A DNA stretch of 32,000 nt from an uncultured Erysipelotrichaceae bacterium. GTDB taxonomy: Bacteria; Bacillota_I; Bacilli_A; Erysipelotrichales; Erysipelotrichaceae. The stretch covers positions 1,410,001 to 1,442,000 of the forward strand of contig OW818668.1 of assembly GCA_942493105.1 (NCBI GenBank), written 5' to 3'. Position numbers and translations under genes: made by a program. This document shows positions 1 to 7,029 of the stretch, one piece after another (position 1 is the first letter of the stretch; every line of letters begins with the position of its first letter). The notes under the pieces were generated by a model. That model saw nothing but the letters and a program-made list of their open reading frames with translations. It was not told the origin of the DNA and did no database searches.

Positions 1-573
1 AATGCCCAGTTTACCACAGTACAGCAACATGTTCATTTCATATTCGTAGCGGTCACCTTTGACTTTGACGAATTTATCAAGCGTAATTTTACTAAAGGCA
101 CGAAGTCCGGTTTGCGTATCCTTGATTTTCTGACCAATCAAATAACTGGTGATCAATCGGGTTATTTTATTGCCCAACATACTTTTTAATGGGACTTGTC
201 GTTCATTGAAACTCCGGCTACCTAAAACTAATGCGTTTGGATGTTGCTGAGCAGCTTCAAGGACTCTTACAATGTCTTTGGTTTGATGCTGACCATCCGC
301 ATCGACAGTAACAAAGACATCAATATCACTTTGTGTTTGACAATACTCCATAGCTGTTTTTAATGCTCTGCCTTTTCCTTGATTGACCTTGTGAGTCAAA
401 ACAACCACGTGGTTTTGTTGGGATGCCAAATCAAAAAACTCGTCACAAGTGGCTTTACTGCCATCATTGATGACGATGATCAAATCTGCTGCTGAAACTA
501 AATTAAGTTCATCAATCAGTTTGTTTAAACGGAAATCGGGTTGATATGCTGGAATCAATATTGCTTTTTTCAT
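1..573 (-). CDS. Family-2 glycosyltransferase (GT2/GT-A), N-terminal 191 codons; the gene runs off the left edge
   Basis: Absent from the ORF track because no stop lies in the window. The reverse complement from ATG (573-571) gives 191 open codons: MKKAILIPAYQPDFRLNKLIDEL..VINDGSKATCDEFF..VNQGKGRALKTAMEY..VTVDADGQH..DTQTGLRAF..GDRYEYEMNMLLYCGKLGI. NDGS, the DxD-type DAD and QTGLRAF are classic GT2 motifs. Confidence 0.8.
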   Translation of the reverse strand, partial: MKKAILIPAYQPDFRLNKLIDELNLVSAADLIIVINDGSKATCDEFFDLASQQNHVVVLTHKVNQGKGRALKTAMEYCQTQSDIDVFVTVDADGQHQTKDIVRVLEAAQQHPNALVLGSRSFNERQVPLKSMLGNKITRLITSYLIGQKIKDTQTGLRAFSKITLDKFVKVKGDRYEYEMNMLLYCGKLGI

Positions 574-660
574 AGGACATAGATATTATACTGTATTAAA
601 ATGAGACAGACATTAAAAAGTTATAAAAGCATTGCAATCATGGTAAAATAATATGGTACT

Positions 661-3546
661 ATGTTGAAAATTTCTAGACAGCATTTCATTCGCAATGGCG
701 TCATTATGTTAACGATCACCGCACTTATATGCGGGGCTTTGTTGTTAAGCTTGATGTCTGAAAGTATAAAAGTCGTTAATCAAGATCCTGATGTGATCGA
801 ACCTGATGGAACCAGTGCCCTTCATGCTTTGGTGATCCATGAAATCATGAGCTCTAATAAGGGCGCCGTAGCAGATCCCCAAGGCAATACCTATGATTGG
901 ATCGAATTGTATAACGGAACCAGCCGAGACATCGACTTAAGTAATTATGGATTAAGTGATACTAAAAATGAAACCAAGTGGATCTTTCCTAAGACCATTA
1001 TCAAAGCAAAGACCTTTTTAGTCATCTATTTGACCAATAAAACAATGCCTGGATTATATGCTAATTTTGGCTTAAAAAGTGAAGGCGGCGAGACTGTCGT
1101 TTTAAGGGATTCAGGAGGTATGATCGTTGATCAAGTGGATGTCCCAGCTTTAGGTGCCAATTGGGTCTTGGCTAGAAACAATAGTGGATCATGGGTTATT
1201 TATGATCAGGCTACTCCTGGATTTTCAAACACAGCTTTAGGATTTGATGCTTATATCGCATCGATCACCAAAGAAAAAGGGGCTGTCTTGATCAGTGAAG
1301 TGTTCCCTAGGAATGCTGGCAACTTTAAATCGGATTTGGCAGGATTACCTGGATATATTGAAATTACCAATACTGGAACTTTATCAGTCAATCTAGAAAA
1401 CTATTCGATTGGAGATGAATTTACTTCACCCTTTCAATGGGGCTTTCCTTCAATCAGTTTGGAAGCAGGTCAATCGATTGTTGTCTATACTTCAAATTTA
1501 AATCGAAAAGAAGGGGAACTGCATGCGGATTTCAGTTTGAATGCGCAAAATGGTTCAGTTTTCTTAAGCGATGGGACAGGTCATATCATTGATCGTGTGG
1601 ACTATAAAATGTTGCCTAATGGTTATGCTTTACAGAGAAATAACGGCGTTTATGAAGTGTCGGCTGCCCTAAGCCCAGGTTATCCAAATACGATCAGTGG
1701 GATTACCGCTTATCAAAAGACACTAAAGACACCCAGCGGTTTGATCCTTAATGAGATCATGACCAACAACAATACACTTCTAAAACACAATGGAGCCAAT
1801 GCCTACAATTGGGTCGAATTAAAAAATAATACCAATACCACCATCGACTTAAGCGAATATACGATTTCTGAATCTTTCAATGTGCTCAATGCGGTTTCAT
1901 TGCCTAAAGTATTGCTTGAACCAGGAGCTTATATCATATTAATGGGTTCTGGAGATGCCTCATTAAGCACAAGTATTTATCATCATATCGACTTAAAGAT
2001 CAACAATGATGAATCTTTATATCTGTTTAAAGGTCAACAACTTCAAGATTGTTTATTTGCATCTGGGCTCAAAGCAGAAACCAGCTATGGACGAGCAGAT
2101 GATCATGGTTTTATCTACATGAATGATCCAAGCCCCAATGCTGCAAACAATTCAGGTGTTAGAGCCATTAGTATCGCAGCAGTATCAACGATTGAAAGCG
2201 GTGTATATGATCGCTCAAGCATCACCTTTAATTTACTATCAGGGGGGAATGTTTATTACACCACCAATGGTTCTACTCCCAATTCCAGTAGCCCCAAAGC
2301 CACACAACCCATCACCCTTTCAAAGTCAGCAGTTGTGAAAGCCATCACACTAGAAGATGGCAAATGGCCCTCTGAGGTCATTTCTTACACCTATATCATC
2401 AATGAAAAATTTACGTTACCCGTTGTTTCTTTATCAATGAATGAAGCACATTTCAGTGATTTACAAGCTAACCCTTGGAACAGCACATTGGAGTATCCTG
2501 GCTATATCGAATATTATGCAAATGATGGGGGATTTTCTAGTCCCTGCGGTGTCCAACTATTTGGAGGTTCTGTTAGGGGTTTGCCTAAAAAGAGTTTCGC
2601 AATTACATTTGAAGCACAGTATGGAGCCAGTAAACTAAATTATAAAGTATTCGAAAAACGGGATTTTTCAGTTTTTGATACCTTGGTCTTAAGGTCTGGT
2701 TCACAGGATTATGAAACGACATTTTTTAGGGATATTTTGGCGTCTTCTGTTATGGAAGATTCTGATACGGTAGAAGTTCAAGCCTTTACTTCCGTGATCT
2801 TGTTTATCAATGGTAAATATTGGGGACTTTATGATTTTCGTGAAAAAATTGATGATGATTTTATCGCAACCCATCTAAATGTCGATGAATCCACCGTTTC
2901 TGTCGTTAGGACAGGAGGTTCGATTTCGGCAGGTAACAAGATTGCATATAATGCATTGATGACTTATGTTGATACACATGATCTATCGATTCAATCCAAT
3001 TATGAACATGTTAAAACCTTACTCAACATTGACAGTTATATCGACTTTTGGATCGCAGAACTCTTTACAACCAATAATGATGTCATCAATACCCGCTATT
3101 TTTCTTCGACCGAGTATGATGATGGAAGAATAAGTATGATTGCCTATGACTTTGATTTTGCCTGGTATTTTCCAGATCGAGAATATTATAAATTCATGAC
3201 TGATCCTGCTGGGATGAGTCGGCTTTTGGTTTCAACTTTACTGAATCGTCGACTTTTTGAAAGCGAAGCTTATCGTACACGTTTTTTAGAGCGTCTCAGT
3301 TTGAATCTCAAGACCATATGGAAAGAAGAAAATGTTCTGGCAAAACTAGAGATGCTTTATACGACATTGAAACCTGAAATCAGACGTGACTTTCAGCGAT
3401 GGAACCTAGATCCAAATTCATGGGAAGGCAATGTCGATTTTTTAAGAAACTTTATAAAATCACGTACCAAAAGCTTACTTAAACAAACCAAAGCTTTCTT
3501 TAACTTAACCCAAGCTGAATTTGATGCTTACTTTGGAGACTTATAA
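661..3546 (+). CDS. CotH-family atypical kinase-like protein: N-terminal membrane anchor, three lamin-tail domains (LTD), a chitobiase/Fn3-associated-like module and a C-terminal CotH domain
   Basis: 961-aa ORF. A basic N-terminus (K3, R6, R11) precedes a hydrophobic helix (VIMLTITALICGALLLSLM). Three repeats have the LTD pattern (IHEIMSSN..YDWIELYN..IDLSNYGLSD; LISEVFPRN..GYIEITN..VNLENYSIGD; ILNEIMTNN..YNWVELKN..IDLSEYTISE). The segment VYYTTNGSTP..AVVKAITLEDGKWPSEV resembles a chitobiase C-terminal module. The C-terminal ~370 aa (FRDILASSVMEDS..ILFINGKYWGLYDFREKIDDDF..FDFAW) matches the CotH pattern. Confidence 0.8.
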   Translation: MLKISRQHFIRNGVIMLTITALICGALLLSLMSESIKVVNQDPDVIEPDGTSALHALVIHEIMSSNKGAVADPQGNTYDWIELYNGTSRDIDLSNYGLSDTKNETKWIFPKTIIKAKTFLVIYLTNKTMPGLYANFGLKSEGGETVVLRDSGGMIVDQVDVPALGANWVLARNNSGSWVIYDQATPGFSNTALGFDAYIASITKEKGAVLISEVFPRNAGNFKSDLAGLPGYIEITNTGTLSVNLENYSIGDEFTSPFQWGFPSISLEAGQSIVVYTSNLNRKEGELHADFSLNAQNGSVFLSDGTGHIIDRVDYKMLPNGYALQRNNGVYEVSAALSPGYPNTISGITAYQKTLKTPSGLILNEIMTNNNTLLKHNGANAYNWVELKNNTNTTIDLSEYTISESFNVLNAVSLPKVLLEPGAYIILMGSGDASLSTSIYHHIDLKINNDESLYLFKGQQLQDCLFASGLKAETSYGRADDHGFIYMNDPSPNAANNSGVRAISIAAVSTIESGVYDRSSITFNLLSGGNVYYTTNGSTPNSSSPKATQPITLSKSAVVKAITLEDGKWPSEVISYTYIINEKFTLPVVSLSMNEAHFSDLQANPWNSTLEYPGYIEYYANDGGFSSPCGVQLFGGSVRGLPKKSFAITFEAQYGASKLNYKVFEKRDFSVFDTLVLRSGSQDYETTFFRDILASSVMEDSDTVEVQAFTSVILFINGKYWGLYDFREKIDDDFIATHLNVDESTVSVVRTGGSISAGNKIAYNALMTYVDTHDLSIQSNYEHVKTLLNIDSYIDFWIAELFTTNNDVINTRYFSSTEYDDGRISMIAYDFDFAWYFPDREYYKFMTDPAGMSRLLVSTLLNRRLFESEAYRTRFLERLSLNLKTIWKEENVLAKLEMLYTTLKPEIRRDFQRWNLDPNSWEGNVDFLRNFIKSRTKSLLKQTKAFFNLTQAEFDAYFGDL

Positions 3547-4223
3547 TGGAATACCGCCATGAACTAAAGTTCATCATGACGCCGACCAATGCGATGCTTC
3601 TTAAGAAAATCTTGCGCAATTTAATGGAAATCGATCGTAATGGGGACGCGAATGGATGTTATATGGTAAGAAGTCTCTACTTTGATACCTTGGGAGGCGC
3701 AGCATTCTTTGATAAAATGGATGGGGTAGAATATCGTAAGAAATACAGAATACGTTACTACAACAGCAATACGGACTTCATCCGAATGGAATCTAAGATG
3801 AAAATTGATGACCTGTCGGTTAAGAAACAAGAACGAATCGAATTGAAACAAGCTCAAGACCTCATTCAAGGTCACATTGAATCTGTTCCATTAAAACCAA
3901 ATTCCGTCATGACCGATTTTGTATGTGATCTAAAGTTACAAGGATTAAGGCCTTCTGTCATCGTGGATTATCAAAGAACAGCTTTTCTGCATCAAGCACT
4001 GGATGTGAGGATCACCTTCGATGAGAATATACGATCACGAATCTATGATACTGATTTGTTTAAAACAAATTTTGCCTCCATCAGAGTCTTAGATCCCAAT
4101 GAAGTTGTCTTAGAAGTCAAATACAACGATATTATTCCGCAATCCATAGCCGATGTGATCAAGCATGTTCCGATGACACGGTTGGCGGTCAGTAAATATG
4201 CATATTGCTACAACAAAAAATAG
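3546..4223 (+). CDS. VTC-domain / triphosphate-tunnel-metalloenzyme (TTM) protein, polyphosphate-polymerase-like, soluble
   Basis: 225-aa ORF. The start overlaps the CotH stop (TAATG). It has the N-terminal YRHELKF (ExK-type TTM signature) and alternating charged beta-strand motifs (VRSLYFDT, KYRIRYY, RMESKMKI, VIVDYQRTAF, VRITFDENIR, VLEVKYN) typical of bacterial VTC-domain proteins. No hydrophobic segments. Confidence 0.7.
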   Translation: MEYRHELKFIMTPTNAMLLKKILRNLMEIDRNGDANGCYMVRSLYFDTLGGAAFFDKMDGVEYRKKYRIRYYNSNTDFIRMESKMKIDDLSVKKQERIELKQAQDLIQGHIESVPLKPNSVMTDFVCDLKLQGLRPSVIVDYQRTAFLHQALDVRITFDENIRSRIYDTDLFKTNFASIRVLDPNEVVLEVKYNDIIPQSIADVIKHVPMTRLAVSKYAYCYNKK

Positions 4224-4232
4224 GAGGATTTC

Positions 4233-4904
4233 ATGGAAATCATCGAACTGATTCAGAATGCGATCGTACAACAGTTTACCGGCACCATATCACTAACCAG
4301 TATCTTATTATCACTGTTTAGTTCCTTTGTGATTGCTTTGTTTATTCTTGTGGTCTATAAGCGAACCTACAATGGGGTCGTAATGTCGAGATCCTTCAGT
4401 TTACTGTTGGTGCTCTTGGCCATGGTTACTTCATTAGCCGTTAGAACCATCAGTTCTAACTTGGCTTTATCCTTGGGGATGGTGGGTGCTTTATCCATCG
4501 TACGTTATCGTACAGCCGTCAAAGATCCCATGGATACCGGTTTTATCTTCTGGGCCATCATGGCTGGGATCATGACCGGGATTGGTTTGTATCTGATTGC
4601 CATCGTGTCTGCGTTAGCGTTGGGTTTATTGTTTATGTTGGTGTTTGGCTTTCAAATCAAACGAAGCGCTCAATTCTTATTGATCGTACGTTATGAATCG
4701 TTAGCTCATGAAGCTGTATTGACGGCTTTATCTAAATTACCTGCGCATAAACTTAGAAATAAAACCATGGTGGGTTCAACGATCGAACTGACTTATGACA
4801 TTGAAATCAAAGCCCATGAAGAACAGATCGTAGACCCCATCAAAGCCATCCGTGGCGTAGAATCCGTGAATCTGATTTCTTATCAACATGATTATGGACT
4901 ATAA
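4233..4904 (+). CDS. DUF4956-family polytopic membrane protein with a C-terminal soluble domain
   Basis: 223-aa ORF with AGGAGG 6 nt upstream. At least four hydrophobic segments lie in residues ~20-140. It carries the conserved-looking core GALSIVRYRTAVKDPMDTGFIFWAIMAGIMTGIG, which I recognise as DUF4956-like. The last ~75 aa are hydrophilic. Confidence 0.65.
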   Translation: MEIIELIQNAIVQQFTGTISLTSILLSLFSSFVIALFILVVYKRTYNGVVMSRSFSLLLVLLAMVTSLAVRTISSNLALSLGMVGALSIVRYRTAVKDPMDTGFIFWAIMAGIMTGIGLYLIAIVSALALGLLFMLVFGFQIKRSAQFLLIVRYESLAHEAVLTALSKLPAHKLRNKTMVGSTIELTYDIEIKAHEEQIVDPIKAIRGVESVNLISYQHDYGL

Positions 4905-4931
4905 ACAAGCATCTTGAGATGCTTGTTTCTT
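4903..4931 (+). terminator. Rho-independent terminator ending the CotH-VTC-DUF4956 operon
   Basis: Perfect 11-bp stem AAACAAGCATC (4903-4913) / GATGCTTGTTT (4918-4928) with loop TTGA, followed by a CTT tail. It begins inside the TAA stop. Confidence 0.7.
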
Positions 4932-4956
4932 AGTGAATCAGAAAGTCTGTGATAAA

Positions 4957-5682
4957 ATGAAACCTGTGAAAAACACATACGATGAGATCCTTGAAACCAT
5001 CGATCATGCTTTATCCAAAGGACAAATCAAAACAGCTTTGGACTTGATCGATGAAGAACTGCGAATGCCTTATGTTCCGTCTTATGTTTTGGCTAAACTG
5101 ATGCAGTTTAAGGAGATCGCGCTAACGGCTCAAAAAATGAATCAAGAGATTCATTTGGATATGAGCGAAGAAGGGATCTTGGCTTATCTAAAACAAGATG
5201 AGCTTCATCAGCTCAGAGCCCTAGAAGCTTTTAGTGTCATGAATATGCGTTCTGTCATCCCCTTGGTTCAAAAAGCTTTCGATCTGATCGATAAAAGACT
5301 ATTGAAGTGCCTTTTGTGCAAATTGACCATTGAGCAAGCTTTGACTGAATCCTTTACCTTCAGTGATGAAGGGATAAGGTATGAATTCATCCCGGCTGCT
5401 TTGACTTTACCTGAAGACAGTGAAGGCATTCAGAAAGCAAAAGCTTATCTTAAGAGCTGGCTTGAGGATGATGATCCGTCGATGCTGAAGTTGTGTTTGG
5501 AACAAATGGAATTAGAAAGCTTGTTGAAACTGCCTGAAACGATTGATGAAGACGAGGCTTTTGATCTAGCCTTTCAAATTCTGGAAACCATTTTTCTGAT
5601 GTTGTCGACCAAGGAACGCTTTGAAGCATTCCTCATCGATAAAGGACTTCGAAAAAGCGGTCGTTTAGCACTCTTTAATTGA
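4957..5682 (+). CDS. Hypothetical all-helical acidic protein (possibly DUF3196/MPN330-like)
   Basis: The ORF track starts at GTG 4933, but that codon abuts the terminator hairpin, so the in-frame ATG at 4957 (MKPVKNTYDEILETIDHAL..) is more plausible. No catalytic motifs recognised. It sits directly upstream of tig-lon. Confidence 0.5.
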   Translation: MKPVKNTYDEILETIDHALSKGQIKTALDLIDEELRMPYVPSYVLAKLMQFKEIALTAQKMNQEIHLDMSEEGILAYLKQDELHQLRALEAFSVMNMRSVIPLVQKAFDLIDKRLLKCLLCKLTIEQALTESFTFSDEGIRYEFIPAALTLPEDSEGIQKAKAYLKSWLEDDDPSMLKLCLEQMELESLLKLPETIDEDEAFDLAFQILETIFLMLSTKERFEAFLIDKGLRKSGRLALFN

Positions 5683-5706
5683 CAGTGCTAAATAAAGTGT
5701 TATAAT
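5679..5706 (+). promoter_or_regulatory. Sigma-A type promoter for tig
   Basis: TTGACA (5679-5684), a 16-nt spacer, then the extended -10 TGtTATAAT (5698-5706). AGGAGG at 5720-5725 lies 5 nt before the tig ATG. Confidence 0.6.
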
Positions 5707-5730
5707 TATTAAGCAATTTAGGAGGTCCTC

Positions 5731-6999
5731 ATGAAATCAACTTGGACATTAAACGAAAAATCAAATGGAGTATTGAGTGTCAGTCTCGACGGTGAAGCAT
5801 GGGTCAAAGCCCAAGCCAAAGCCCTAAAAAAACTGGCTGAAAAAACGGAAATCAAGGGCTTCCGTAAAGGTAAGGCCCCTGTCGATAAAGTAAAAGCCTC
5901 TTTGAGTGAACAAGAAATCTTGATCAACGCGGTGGAAACGATTGCCCAAGAAGCTTTAGAATTTGGCTTGGAAGAATCGAAAATCGATCCGATCAGCCGT
6001 CCGGAATTGGGTGTTGAGAAGTTAACGGCTGAAGAAGTCGTAATGACCTTTACCTTTGATGTCAAACCAGAAGTCACATTAGGTCAATACAAAGACTTAG
6101 GCATCAAACGTGAAAAAGTTGAAGTAACACAAGCTGAAATCGATGTAGAAGTTGAAAAACTCAGAGAAGAATTCGCTGAACTTGTTTTAAAAGAAACAGG
6201 ACAAGTTGAAGACAAAGATACCGCTGTGATCGATTTTGAAGGCTTTAAAGACGGGATTGCTTTTGAAGGCGGTAAAGGTGAAAACTACGCTTTAGAAATC
6301 GGATCCAACAGCTTTATTCCTGGTTTTGAAGAAGCTTTGATTGGTTTAGAAACAGGTTCAACCAAAGATGTTGAATTGACTTTCCCTGAAAACTATCAAG
6401 CTGAACATTTAGCAGGCCAAAAAGTTGTCTTCAAAGTTAAAATCAATGAAATCAAATCCAAACAACTCCCTGAAGTCAATGATGATTTCGCTAAGACGGT
6501 CAATCATCATGAAACAGATACCTTGGTAGGTTTACTCGAACATCTCGAAATGCATTTGAAAGAAGATAAAGAACAAAAAGCAGATGAAGCTTATACCAAT
6601 GCGATCTTGACGAAAGTCGTGGATGGCGCAAGTGTTGAAGTTCCTTCTTCACTGGTCAGTGAAGAAGCAGATCGCATGATGGAAGATTTCAAAGCCAGAT
6701 TGCAGCAACAAGGATTCTCATTTGAACAGTTTACGCAAATCACAGGTCAAAGTGTGGATTCACTCAGAGACCAAATGAGTGTTGATGCGTCTGGTAAAGT
6801 TAAAGTAAGATTGGTCTTGGATGCGGTTGCGACTGCAGAAAACATCGAAGTCAGTCCTGAAGAAATAGAAGCAGAATACCAAAAGATCGCAGAGACGTAT
6901 ACGATGGAAGTCAGTAAGGTCAAAGAATTGGCTCAGCCTGAAACCATTGCATATGATTTGCGTTTACGCAAAGCCTTTGATTTAATCAAAGCAGACTAA
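5731..6999 (+). CDS. tig: Trigger factor (ribosome-associated PPIase chaperone)
   Basis: 422 aa. N-terminal ribosome-binding signature GFRKGKAP. Central FKBP domain (IDFEGFKDGIAFEGGKGENYALEIGSNSFIPGFEEALIGL). Strong SD. Confidence 0.95.
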   Translation: MKSTWTLNEKSNGVLSVSLDGEAWVKAQAKALKKLAEKTEIKGFRKGKAPVDKVKASLSEQEILINAVETIAQEALEFGLEESKIDPISRPELGVEKLTAEEVVMTFTFDVKPEVTLGQYKDLGIKREKVEVTQAEIDVEVEKLREEFAELVLKETGQVEDKDTAVIDFEGFKDGIAFEGGKGENYALEIGSNSFIPGFEEALIGLETGSTKDVELTFPENYQAEHLAGQKVVFKVKINEIKSKQLPEVNDDFAKTVNHHETDTLVGLLEHLEMHLKEDKEQKADEAYTNAILTKVVDGASVEVPSSLVSEEADRMMEDFKARLQQQGFSFEQFTQITGQSVDSLRDQMSVDASGKVKVRLVLDAVATAENIEVSPEEIEAEYQKIAETYTMEVSKVKELAQPETIAYDLRLRKAFDLIKAD

Positions 7000-7029
7000 T
7001 TTGTCTTCCTAAACCAGGAGGTGAATTTA

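Noticed and set aside
2123-2638. 71-aa and 65-aa ORFs in alternative frames inside the CotH gene
   Set aside because: They are nested in a long, domain-rich ORF. They have low-complexity, odd composition and no SD, so they are likely spurious.
4933-4956. GTG start of the 249-aa ORF
   Set aside because: It begins 2 nt after the terminator tail (4931), 5 nt after the hairpin stem ends at 4928. The in-frame ATG at 4957 is more plausible, though neither has a clear SD.
7021-7029. GTG start for lon, as given by the ORF track
   Set aside because: The SD AGGAGGTG (7015-7022) overlaps this codon, leaving no spacer. The in-frame ATG at 7030 has proper spacing.
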